Below are positions 13,313 to 25,668 of a stretch of DNA of 64,000 nucleotides, in pieces (the first letter of the stretch is position 1; every line of letters starts with the position of its first letter). The notes below the pieces were generated by a model that saw only the letters and a program-made list of their open reading frames with translations, searched no databases and was not told the DNA's origin. This stretch comes from Octopus sinensis (Eukaryota). The stretch lies in assembly GCF_006345805.1 (NCBI RefSeq), contig NC_043014.1, positions 43,648,001 to 43,712,000 on the forward strand. The letters are read 5' to 3'. A program made the translations under genes and the position numbers.

Positions 13313-13476
13313 TACGACGGGCTTCTTTCAGTTTCCATCTACAAAATCCACTCACAAGGCTTTGGTCGGCTCGAGGCTGTAGTAGAAGACACTTGCCCAA
13401 GGTGCCACGCAGTGGGACTGAACCCGGAACCATGTGGTTGGTAAACAAGCTACTTACCACACAGCCACTCCTGCGA
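13059..13476 (-). mobile_element. SINE family A, full length
   Basis: Reverse-complement match to family A. Confidence 0.9.
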
Positions 13477-13728
13477 CTAGATTCTGGATAATTTTAAAAA
13501 AATTTTTTTTTTTTACTTAATTTTTGAGAGCAGTTAGGTTCATTTTTAATATTCTCGTTTGTGAGAGCATTTGAGTTTATTTCAGATATTCTCATTTTAA
13601 AAACCATTTCTGGCTAATCGTTGAGAGGACGTTGGTGGTGCCTTGGCGGAGGTCTGCACTCTCTCTCTGCATGCTCTTGTTATTTATTATTTGTTTATTT
13701 TATTGATTATTTTTCTTCTTCTTTGCAG

Positions 13729-13855
13729 TTCCATCTATTTCTGTGATGAAAGCCATGCCTGACAGTGGGCCTAAAAACAGCAATGGCTGGAGACGCTACC
13801 ACCTGCGTCGTATCGGTCCAAAAGCCAGCAAACAGGGAGTAGCAGATATCATGGA
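13729..13855 (+). CDS. Candidate coding exon of an unidentified gene (PSISVMKAMPDSGPKNSNGWRRYHLRRIGPKASKQGVADIM)
   Basis: Strong polypyrimidine tract plus TTTGCAG acceptor, GTAAGT donor, single open frame (phase 1 to 2), GC-richer than its flanks. Confidence 0.7.
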
Positions 13856-14194
13856 GTAAGTCGCAAGTTCCTTGTTATATATATTTTATTTCGGTGTTAT
13901 TTCTGTTGTTTTTTTTTTTTGAGTCTGTGTGAACACACAAAAAAAAACCCCAAATAAATCGGACAATAACGTACTTAATGTGAGCCATAAAGTTTTAATT
14001 GATTAAAATTGCAGCCCTAGTGAGAGAAAGCAAAAAAAAAAAAAAAATCAAAAACAGGAACATCGTTACCTTAATGAGTAAATTCTAATCTACCTGTTGA
14101 AAAATGTGTTTTTGTAGGTGTATTTGTGATCTGTTTTGGTTTTGGTTTGATTAATTTGTCATTTTTTGGTTATTTCTACATGTTTCACATTCAC

Positions 14195-14228
<34 letters not shown>

Positions 14229-14304
14229 TTATACAAGATGGGGTTAGTGGGTTGTGTGGAATTAGTAGAGCATTGTACAGAATATCTTGTTAGTTATTTT
14301 GGTT

Positions 14305-14718
14305 GGCGAGCTGGCAGAAACGTTAGCACGCCGGGCGAAATGCTCAGCAGTATTTCGTCTGTCGCTACGTTCTGAGTTCAAATTCCACCGAGGGCGACTT
14401 TGCCTTTCATCCTTTTGGGGGTCGATTAAATAAGTACCAGTTATGCACTGGAGTCGATATAATCGACTTAATCCATTTGTCTGTCCTTGTTTGTCCCTTC
14501 TGTGTTTAGCCCCTTGTGGGTAGTAGAAAAATAAGTATTTCGTCTGCCGTTACATTCTGAGTTCAAATTCCGCCGAGGTCGACTTTGCCTTTCATCCTTT
14601 CGGGGGGCGATTAAATAAGTACCAGTTACACACTGGGGTCGATATAATCGACTTAATCCGTTTGTCTGTCCTTGTTTGTCCCTTCTGTGTTTAGCCCCTT
14701 GTGGGTTGTAAAGAAATA
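14305..14718 (+). mobile_element. SINE B dimer (full copy plus 5'-truncated copy)
   Basis: Junction AAATAAGTATTTC at about 14528. Confidence 0.85.
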
Positions 14719-17310
14719 TATTTTGGTTGTGTCACTTTAGCTCTAAGTTCAAATATCATCACCCAACCCTGGTCCACTTTGGCTTTCAAGGCGGATAAAG
14801 TAAGTACAGGAGATGAGACAAGGGGCTGCGTAAACAGGCTAAACCTTTTGGAGAAACTGATCCAGAATGTTTTGCAGATAAAAGACAGTTAGAATATAAA
14901 TTGCACATACATGCATATACACATGTGTACGTGCATATTATTTTCCAAACTCTAACAACAAATTTGTCTATTTAGCATTGCATCCAATGCATATGTAAAT
15001 TCTGTTTGTGACAATTTTGAGATATATTATTGTTGAAATAAACTGACCAATCTCTGAACCCCATCTTTTCCACTTCTGAATTCTCCAGTCATTTTAACCC
15101 TTTAGCATTTAGACCGGCCATATCCGGCCAGAAGTATTCTGCCGGTTTTATGTTCAAACTGGCCAGATCTGGTCTCTCACACCAACCCTACAATATCGTT
15201 TGATTAGTTAAAAACAATGAGGATAAAAAAGGATTAATTTTGGCAGAATAATGTGAACACTAAAGGGTTAAGCTATCCTCTTCCCACATATAAACATAGC
15301 CACAGGTTTGATTTGAACCCAGAAACTTTTATTTCTGATGCAGAGTTTCAACATATATAACGTCTTTTCCACAGTTCCACAAGGCAAATTGTTGAAGTTT
15401 CAAGATATTGAAACTCACACTACAATACTTTGTTTAAGGCAGCTTTTGAGTTCAATTGACTAGGGTAGGGGTTCCCAACCAGTGGGCCAAAAACCAGTAC
15501 TGGCCCTAAGAGAAAGAGTAACTTGAAAAAATTTTATTTCTACTTTATTGACAATCTGTAGAGTGTTTTTTGTGTTGTATAAGTATTATATATGTAATAA
15601 TTAAATTATATGTTCTGCACCTTATTGTTTTTGTTATGTGTGTGATCTCCTGGTCTGTGGAAAAATTGTTTTGCATGAAATCAATTTGTGGTGCAAAATA
15701 GGTTGCAGACTCCTTGTTTGTCCCCTCTATGTTAAGCCCCTTGTGGGCAGTAAAGAAATAAGAAACTGTATTGCAGCATCTTCCCAAAGGGTGCCAGGTG
15801 CAATTTGATCCTTTGCCATGTCCAGAGTTACAAAGCCTATGAAAACGGCTTGCGTTCCATACTTACTGCCCACTTTGCCAAGATTTGAACTCGTACCAAC
15901 GGGACACCAAACCAGCACCTTGTTTGTTAATATGCTGTAATTATCACAACTATTTTTGTTCGAATCAAATATACACCATTATTGTTGCTTGCAGTGTAGT
16001 GTTTGGGGTGAAAAACTATACGGTTATTGTTGAATATAGAAACTGGCTTATTGTCTGTATTGCATAAGCTTTTCTTAAGACATGAGTCATCTCAGCTTTC
16101 TTCTTTTATTATTATTATTATTATTATTGTTATTTTATTTTTATTTTGTAGTTTTATTTATTTATTTATTTATCTATTATTTTCCACATCCGCCGCTCCA
16201 CCCGCCCACCCACCTACCTACCTACATACTACGGGAGCCCCTGTCTTGAAAGTCAGTTGTGCTTTTTGCCGGGGCAGCAGAGAAAGCCCATTTCCCCCTC
16301 ACCCCACCCCACCCCCCACCCCAAATATCTCGTTACATCTGGATATTTATCAAGATTAAAATAATTTCTCTCAATATCACCATTGACGTTTTTATGTCTT
16401 GGTTTTCCAACCCTGGCATGAGTAAGACACCAATAACCCCCAGCATCACTTCTCCTCTTCCTTCTTCTTCTCCATCCACTTCTCCATCCACGACCACCAC
16501 CACCACTGTCCACTTTTACCTCATCTTTCATCATTTCATCTGCGAGAATCTCCAATTCTTTTCAGTTTCGTCTTAACTACCCGGCTTCTCCGTGTTTTCC
16601 TTGGTTTTCATTGCCAACATATCACATTTATTCTCATCATCCACTCTCCCTCTCTCCCCCTCTCTCTCTCTATCTCTCTCTCTTTCTCTCTTCCTCAATA
16701 CATGTCCACGTCTCCTAAATAACCAGGATGCTTTTATTTCCTATTCATTGTCTTATCTTATCCAAAACTAACTTTTCTTTGATTTGTATTGCATAGCCTA
16801 TGAATCATAGTTATATCACTTATTTCAATCTTAGCACACACACACACACATACACACACATACAAATACTGATGCTCCCACCACCTCTCCCCACTCTACC
16901 ATACATGTCCAAAATCCACCACTGCTGTAAAGGATTACACGGCTAAAATATGTTTCGCTTGCTTTGTTTTATTTCTTTTTACAATGCTGGGAAGAATTCT
17001 TTTGTCCTCACACTCTTAACATCACAACAAATGTTAATCACAATGCAGAGATAGTAGCCACCCCCTCATCTTCTATGCCACCTCACCCCACAGCCCTCAC
17101 TCTCACCTGTCAAAGCCACTTGCAATAAAATTGATTCATTCATTGTAGAAATTCAGGTGAAAAATATGATGTAACAAGAGGAGAATGTTGAATTGGAATG
17201 GATATGTTACAGCACTCTAGTTGTGGTCTCAAATATATATAATTATAGATATTTATGTACACACACACACAATTCTATATTTCTGAGATGAGGAATTTAT
17301 ATATATAATG

Positions 17311-17355
<45 letters not shown>

Positions 17356-17534
17356 AATAAATTATGTTTGGCCTTAGGGATGGCATTCAGGTGTTAAAAC
17401 CACACCAAATCAGATTGTGGTCCGGTACAATTCTCCAGCTTGCCCGCTCTGGCCAAATTTTCCAACCCATGCTAGCATGAACAATATACATTAAACAATG
17501 ATGATGATGATATATATATATATATATATGATGA

Positions 17535-17580
<46 letters not shown>

Positions 17581-17974
17581 AATGTGAGGGTGCATTGCCT
17601 AATGGTCACGGTATTGCACTTACCATCATGAGATCACGAGGTTGTGGTTTCAATTTGTAGACCAGGTGGTGAGTTGTATTCATGAGCATAGTGCTTCATC
17701 TCATCATCGTCATCATCATCATCATCATCATCATCATCAACACTTCAACAAGTCTTGTCTTGTCTAGACATCGTGTGACGGTTGTAAATGAGTGCCATCG
17801 TTATGCAAGTAAGATAGTTCATTCCTTCCAGTCTTCCAGGAAAATATTACCTCGCTTGGAAACAAGGTGGCGGAGTTTGTGCCAGGAAAGGAAGGGCATT
17901 AAGCTGTAGTTAAAAAACCCACCTCGACCAATTCCGTTTGACCTGCACATGCATAGAAAAGTGGATGTTCAATG

Positions 17975-18205
17975 ATCTTCTTCTTCTTCTTCTTCTGCTT
18001 CTTCTTCTTCTTCTTCTCCTTCTCTTCCTCCTCCTTCTCCTTCCTCTTCTTCTTCCTCGACTTCCACTTCTTCTTCTCCTCCTTCCTCTTCTTCTTCCTC
18101 GACTTCCTCTTCTTCCTTGTCTTCCTCTTCTTCCTCGTCTTCCTCTTCTTTTCCTCGTCTTCCTCTTCTTTTCCTCGTCTTCCTCTTCTTCTTCCTCGTC
18201 TCTTC
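17975..18205. repeat. (CTT/CCT)n microsatellite
   Basis: Read directly. It is the source of the poly-Glu and poly-Leu pseudo-ORFs. Confidence 0.9.
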
Positions 18206-18656
18206 CTCTTCTATCTCTTTTGTAGCCATGGCTCTAATGAAATACGTTGCAGATGTGTATCTGTTAATTATGAAAATATAGGCAAGAATTTTCAGAGATT
18301 TTGTATTTAAGAAAACAAAACAAAAAGAAAAGAAAAACGAAAAAACATCATCGAAGTTGGTGTTGGAAACATAACTTAGCGAAAAAATTCTTCACGTAGA
18401 ATCACAACTTCATGTTTTAATTTAAATATGAATGCTTTCAAAATGAGATGATTTTGTATCACAGAACCAAACCTGAAGCAGTCTCAGACAGGTCTGGAAT
18501 CGGTTAATTTGCTTCGTTACTTTTAGTTTGTTTAGTTTTGTTCCCCCTTTCTTTTTCGTTTTCTTTCGGAACGGTCTAGAAAATTCTTTAATGTTAACAA
18601 CATTAATACATAGCCCCCACCGATAGAATGGGCGATAGAGATGGGTTTTTAGTATT

Positions 18657-18750
<94 letters not shown>

Positions 18751-18843
18751 GTATCATTATTATCATTATCATTATTATTATTATTAGTATTAGTATTATT
18801 ATTATTATGATTATTATTATGATTATTATTATTATTAGTATCA

Positions 18844-18882
<39 letters not shown>

Positions 18883-18937
18883 GTATCATTATCATTATTA
18901 TTAGTATCATTATTATTATTATTGTTATTATTATTAT

Positions 18938-18975
<38 letters not shown>

Positions 18976-19654
18976 TCATTATCATTATTATTATTATGTT
19001 GTTTATTATATTTATTTATTTATTTATTTTTGAGTTGGCACGGAGGTTGTAAATCTTAGGGCGGAAACAGCGAAATGAGATAATGTAGTATTTATGCTTT
19101 TCCTCTAAGACACAACTAGTATAAGCGAATTTGTGTCAGCAGGAAACGGTGGAAGTGATATATTCACTTATCTCCCTTACCTATTTTTTTGTTTCTTTAT
19201 TTATTTGTTTGTTTGTTTGTTTTTGCTATTTCACCACCACTATGCACTTTCAATGCCAAGCAATGTTCCAAAGCTGTGTTGGTTTATTTCCTGTCACTAA
19301 ATATTCTAAAGCCGGCCAGTAGAATTTTTATTATTTACTAGCCAGGGGAAGGCGAATGCAAACTATATCCTACAGCCCTCAACATCTCTCAGACATTCAC
19401 CAATTCTTGCTAAAATTGCCCTGGAAGCTTGTTTAAGAGATGTGCATTATTGCTATCTAGTTGAAATACATTTTAGACAATATTGCTTCAAACCGCCACT
19501 AAATTTGTATTTGCAAATAAAAATCTGAAGTCAACTCAGAACTTGCAAAACTTGTTACAAAAACACTACCCTCAATGCTATTATTTCTTTTTCCCACTTA
19601 TTTGTTCCTTCATGGAAAGATTATATTATTATTAATATTATTATTATTATTATT

Positions 19655-19903
19655 GAGTGAGAGAGCAGTGCATGCCATCAAAGTGACACTGGGGTAAAAT
19701 ATACGAAGCCCAGTATACCCATCATGACTACCCGTCTGATAAGGGTACACCAGGCACTTGATTATTATTATTATTATTAAATATTATTATTATTATTATT
19801 ATTGAGTGAGAGAGCAGTGCATGCCATCATAGTGACACTGGGGTAAAATATACGAAGCCCAGTATATGCATCATGACTACCCGTCTGATAAGGGTACACT
19901 AGG
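19655..19903 (-). mobile_element. Two units of the same ~105-bp element within (ATT)n
   Basis: Same unit sequence, and the first unit has the same boundary (CCAGGCACTTG|ATT) as the 28.6-kb array. Confidence 0.9.
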
Positions 19904-20503
19904 ATTATTATTATTATGATTATGATTATTATACACACACAACAGATTATTATTATTATCATCATTATGACTGGTATCTGTGCCAGTGGAGCGCTAAGAG
20001 TCACCATCCGAGCGTGATCATTGCCAGAGCAGCTAACTGGCTTCTGTGCCGGTGGCATGTAAAAAGTACCATTCGAGCATGATCGTTACTAGCGTCACCT
20101 GGTGCCGGTGGCATGTGAAAAAACATTCAAGTGAGGTCGTTGCCAGTGCCGCTGGACTGGTTCCTTTGCAGGTGGCACGACGTAAAAAACACCATTTGAG
20201 CGTGGCCGTTGCCAGCACCGCCTGTCTGGCCCTCGTGCCAGTGGCACATAAAGGCATCCACTACAAGCCACTTGGTGGTGGTGGTGGTGGTGGTGGTGGT
20301 GGCAGTGGTGGCGACGACGACGACAATGAACTGGCAGAATTGTTAGCATGTCAGCAACATTTTGTCTGAGTTCAAATTCTTCCAAGTTCGACTTTCATCT
20401 TTTCGGGGTTCATAAATTTAGTGTCAGTGAAACACTGGGGTCGATGTAATTGACTTGGCTCCTCCAACCAAATTTCAGGCCTTTGTACCTATAGTAGGAA
20501 AGG

Positions 20504-20535
<32 letters not shown>

Positions 20536-21174
20536 CATTATTATCATTATTATTATTATTATTATCATTATTATCATTATCATTATTATTATTATTATTT
20601 GCATATGTGTATGATGTTGTGAGGTGAGGTGGTCGTGGTGATGTCCTTGGTTTTAATGTCCCAAGATTAAGTGTCTTGTTGTTATAAATTGAGTATCAAA
20701 TAATTGAAGTACTAGTGTTGTAATGCCAGAATGAATGGGAAAATAGGTGATCTTAATAGCCCGACACTTTGCTCAATACTTTGGCAGGAATAAAATACCT
20801 CATTTAATTCTGCTTGTAAAAAAAAAATCATGCACCAAACGTTATCTCTGTTTTGTTTTGTTTTGTTTTGTTTTTATTCCCTTATTCCTTTTGTTTATTC
20901 CATTTATTTATTTTGCTTTCGTAAGATTACAACTGCAAAACAAAAAAGGGAAAAGTGTAAAAAAAGCGAAAATAGCTAAGATTTGTATTCAAACAATAAT
21001 GTCAGTTCGTCATTGCTGGCACAAGGGCCTTTGGAATTTAACGATTCCTGGTAAGAATGATTGTAACAAAATGTCCATTTGTTTATATCTGCAATGCAGT
21101 GACTGTTACTCTTCCTTCAAAATATCCAAGGATCCGTTTTAAATGCTTTATTATTATCATTATTATTATTATTA

Positions 21175-21326
<152 letters not shown>

Positions 21327-21361
21327 CATTATTATTATTATCATTATTATTATTATTATTA

Positions 21362-21417
<56 letters not shown>

Positions 21418-21533
21418 CATTATTATTATTATCATTATTATTATTATTATTATATATTATTATTATTATTATTAATTATTATTATTATCATTATTATCAT
21501 TATATTATTATATTATTATCATTATTATTATTA

Positions 21534-21568
<35 letters not shown>

Positions 21569-22248
21569 TTTTTTTTTTTTTTTTTTTTGGACTGATCAAA
21601 TTCTTTGAGATCCATGAATAGTTTTTGCTAATTGGTGTTTCCGCACTATGTTCTTTGATGCTGAAAAAAAAAATAGAATGTCTTTACGAATTGGAATCTT
21701 CTGCAAGAGTTGAATCTAAATTTGGGGGAACATTTTGGAGATTGCTGTGAAGAAATTCAGCTGGAGCTTATAGTTCCACATAAAAAGAACTGAATTTTAG
21801 GACAACTTCATTGATATTCAACTCCCAAGATTTCTATATTGGTTTTGGGATTCAAATCTTGTTTGAGTTGATTTTAACCATCTTTTGTGGGGTGGGGGTG
21901 AAAATTAGTACTGGTAATGTACTGGGGTTGCAAATTCACATCCTCGGGGAAATTTATAAAGAGTAGTAGATGGTTCTGGGTTCCATACTATTGTGTGCCA
22001 CCTTGGATTGGACAAGGTGTCTTCAATTATAACCCGCATGGCCACAGTCAAATGACTGAAACAAGTAAAAATAAAAAAATTATCTTTGTTGTGATCAACA
22101 CAATGGCTAAGCAACTGGGACAACTGAATGTAAAAAAAAAAAAAAAAACAGTGGGAGAGATAGATCTATCTATTTATTCGTGTCAATGCCATTGTAGTGT
22201 ATTGCTGAACAAGGCACATAACTCATTTCAATCTCTTTATATCTAACA

Positions 22249-22285
<37 letters not shown>

Positions 22286-22829
22286 GATCTCCTGTCAGTT
22301 TATTGTTGGCTTTTTAATGAGAGTATAATGCTGCTGTAAAAATTTCCAATAATTTATCATAAACAGGATCCAAGAAACTATATCTTGGCTTAACTTATGC
22401 AGTATATCCAGAATAAGCTGTCACTTTTTTGATTGTATTCATTCATTCTCTCATTCTTTATTCTTTCCTTCATTTCCATATGTGGAAATTTGACCTCAAC
22501 ACTGTATGTAGACCACTAAATATCATGTTATGGTTTTCCAGTCATTTTGCAACTCTCTGCTGGAAGAGACATCTCTCTGGTTTGCTGCTAGAGGCATAAA
22601 CTTCCTGCTGTTTAACCCTTTTGCGACCATGTAGCCAATGAAATGAAATTCTATGTATGTTTCCATTAATTTTGGAAATAGTCTAGATATTGAAACTAGG
22701 CGTAGGAGTGGCTGTGTGGTAAGTAGCTTGCTTACGAATCACATGGTTCCAGGTTCAACCCAACTGCGTGACACCATGGGCAAGTGGATTCGCAAGACGG
22801 AAACTGAAAGAAGCCCATTGTATAATTGT

Positions 22830-22835
22830 GGCAGT

Positions 22836-22875
<40 letters not shown>

Positions 22876-22926
22876 GGCCCCTGCGCAAGGATGATACGCG
22901 AATTCGTGAAGCGTTCTATATTTTTT
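22830..22926 (+). pseudogene. U6: U6 snRNA retrocopy lacking about the first 10 nt
   Basis: GGCAGTACATATACTAAAATTGGAACGATACAGAGAAGATTAGCATGGCCCCTGCGCAAGGATGATACGCGAATTCGTGAAGCGTTCTATATTTTTT matches canonical U6 with about 4 substitutions versus the human sequence as recalled. The ACAGAGA box (22859-22865), AGC triad, ISL and terminal T6 are present. It sits inside a SINE with no normal upstream U6 promoter context. Confidence 0.95.
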
Positions 22927-22998
22927 AAAAGAATGGCGGTGCCCCAGCATGGCCACAGCTCGTGAGCTGAAACTAGATAAAATGAAAAAAAAAAAAAT
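22927..22998 (+). mobile_element. LINE-type 3' tail plus poly(A) fused to the U6 copy
   Basis: AATGGCGGTGCCCCAGCATGGCCACAGCTCGTGAGCTGAAACTAGATAAAATGA(n). A nearly identical tail occurs independently at about 51223-51290. Confidence 0.8.
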
Positions 22999-24098
22999 CA
23001 TGTGTGTGTGTGTGTGTCAATGCGTGTGTATATGTTTGTGTGTCTGTGTTTGTCCCCCCAACATCGCTTGACAATCGATGCTGGTGTGTTTACGTCCCTG
23101 TAACTTAGCAGTTCGGCAAAAGAGACCAATAGAATAAGTACTGGGCTTACAAAGAATAAGTCCTGGGGTCGATTTGCTCTACCAAAGGCGGTGCTCCAGC
23201 ATGGCCGCAGTCAAATGACTGAAACAAATAAAAGAGTAAAGAGAGTAAAGCGTATTTATAAAACTGGTGTTTGGATCATAATTTGACAAAGAGGTTCATA
23301 TATGTAATTAAAGATTTGATTCAAATATCAGCAATTTAAAAGGAACGGGGTTTTGTATAGTAGAATCAGAGGCAACATCACAATGATTAGCATTGAATGG
23401 GTTAAAACGAAAGGTCGATACGTAACCCTATTCAATGATACACGACTCGCACAATACATGACCCTTCGGTTATATAATAGTGTAAAGAAAGATTGTTGAT
23501 TGCCACAATTCCTATGAGGCTTTTTCTTTATCTTATTTTTAATATAAAATTTCTTTTATGTAGTTCCAAAAGAACAGAAATAAACGTTCTCCTAGTTTAA
23601 GCATTGTCCAAGAGATTACAGAAATTATCCAATGGCAGTTTCTTTTTTTTTTCATTGCTTCCTTCTATTTATTTATTTTATGTTTTTTAAGAACATCTTG
23701 CCATTCTGGGTCTGAAGACAATAGAACATAGTACTGAATGCATTATACTTCAGCTTGCCTTCTTTGATGGTTTGACTTCTGAACTTGCAAGTACAGAATC
23801 TCAGAATCTCTGAACTGCCTTTCAGAAAAGAGAAGACAAAAATATCTCACTTCCCCACCGTTTCGTTTTTGTATATACCCCACTCCCCAAGTTTTATTTC
23901 CAAAAGGCTTCATTGATCATGAATAAACCAAGTAACATCTAAATCTTTGTCTAAATTTAACCCTTTTTTGACCTAATTTCTTATGTGAAACGTTACATAA
24001 TTCAAAAATAATCAAGATCTTCAAGAAATGTTCGTCAAAGAAGTTGTTTTCTTATTAAGCTTGTATTTGAAAAATAACTTAGCATTTAAACCGGCATT

Positions 24099-24143
<45 letters not shown>

Positions 24144-25172
24144 ATAAATATTAGGGAATAAATCCAAACTTACAGGGAAAAATCAGATTTAGGATTGAAT
24201 CCAATTTTATAGTAAAATATTATATTATATTAAATTAGAGACAAAACCACTATTAGGCAAAATGTGTGTGTGTGTGTGTGTCCTTTATACAAATCCACAA
24301 TTTTTCAGTTAGAGGGCTTGTACTTTCTATGGTCATTCAAAACCGTCCAAGGGTGGTCGTGCATATCTTTACATTTTTCCAGTCACCCCGCAAAGACATT
24401 AAAAAATCAATAGAAGTGACTTTTTTGTGAATTTTCTATCCAGAACCCAATCAAAATGCCCGAAACTTGATACGCCAATTGAATGCCAGCTAGCTGTATG
24501 TGATTGGTCGGAGATTTGGACAGTACTTGCATGTATGTGCGCACACACGCACACAGCTGTATATGCATGCACTAGCACTATGACCCGGCGTTGCCAGGTC
24601 ATAGTGCTAGTAGCATTTAAACAGCCAAATCCGGTGAAAATATTCTATCTGTTTCATGTGCAAACCTGCCAGATCTGACCTCTCACACCTACTTGAAAGC
24701 CATTCCAAAAATAAACAATCGCATCATCAGAGCTTTGAGATAATGCATGATTAATTGAAAACAATATGAATGAATAAGTACATTAGACATATAAATCTGA
24801 AGGCTTTAGCATTCAGATTTATCTGTCAAATGTATGGTTTATAAAAAGAGTGGAACAAGACTTGAAGGTTTTGGTTTAACTCTTTAGCATTTAAACCAGC
24901 CGGTTCTGGCCTTGCACACCTACCGTACAATGCCATTCTAAAAATGAACAATCACACCATCAAAATCTTAAAGCTACAAGATAATTCATAGTTAACTCAA
25001 AAGGATTAAAATAAATTAACATTACATTTGAGAGAGCAGTTTGATTGCTAAAGGGTTAAATATCGATACTTAAAAAAAAAACAGGTGTGTTTTCTATCAT
25101 AAAATGAGAGATAGCTTCTTGTGCATTAGTATTATTATTAAGAAAAAAATAAACTCTATATCTTCTGGAATA

Positions 25173-25555
25173 GGCACAGGAGTGGCTGTGTGGTAAGTAG
25201 CTTGCTTACCAACCACATGGTTCCGGGTTCAGTCCCACTGCATGGCACCTTGGGCAAGTGTCTTCTACTATAGCCTCGGGCCGACCAATGCCTTGTGAGT
25301 GGATTTGGTAGACGGAAACTGAAAGAAGCCCGTTGTATATATGTATATGAGTATGTGTCTGTGTTTGTCCCCTTAGCATTGCTTGACAACCGATGCTGGT
25401 GTGTTTATGTCCCCGTCACTTAGCGGTTCGGCAAAGGAGACCGATAGAATAAGTACTGGGCTTACAAAGAATAAGTCCCGGGGTCGAGTTGCTCGACTAA
25501 AGGCGGTGCTCCAGCATGGCCGCAGTCAAATGACTGAAACAAGTAAAAGAGTAAA
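25173..25555 (+). mobile_element. SINE family A
   Basis: Full head-to-tail match. Confidence 0.9.
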
Positions 25556-25560
25556 TAGTA

Positions 25561-25668
25561 TTAACCCTTTTGAAATGCACAGTGTTTTGGTATGTGTAGC
25601 CAATGAGACCAAAATGCTTTTTCTATTGCAATTGAAAATGATGGGTGCATGCAGAAGACAAGGGTTAA
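25561..25668. mobile_element. Short piggyBac-type MITE
   Basis: TTAA-CCCTT...AAGGG-TTAA. Confidence 0.6.

Larger units (their letters stand above)
12141..13681 (+). mobile_element. Helentron/HINE-like element split by nested insertions
   Basis: Ends ATTACCTCGGCCTTAG and CCTTGGCGGAGGTCTGCACTCTCT...CTTGTT are imperfect sub-terminal inverted repeats. It hosts a Helitron and a SINE A copy. Confidence 0.5.
22699..23250 (+). mobile_element. SINE family A interrupted by the U6-LINE chimera
   Basis: The 5' half ends at AAGCCCATTGTATA (about 22824) and the 3' half resumes at TGTGTG...GTCCCCCC (about 23001). It has an internal ~40-bp deletion between AGTG repeats. Confidence 0.9.

Noticed and set aside
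15465-15712. hAT-like MITE (GGGGTTCCCAACC ... GGTTGCAGACTCC)
   Set aside because: The TIRs are degenerate and no 8-bp TSD was identified.
22830-22926. Canonical functional U6 gene
   Set aside because: The 5' stem-loop is missing, the upstream sequence is a SINE rather than a PSE/TATA promoter, and it is followed by a LINE tail and poly(A).
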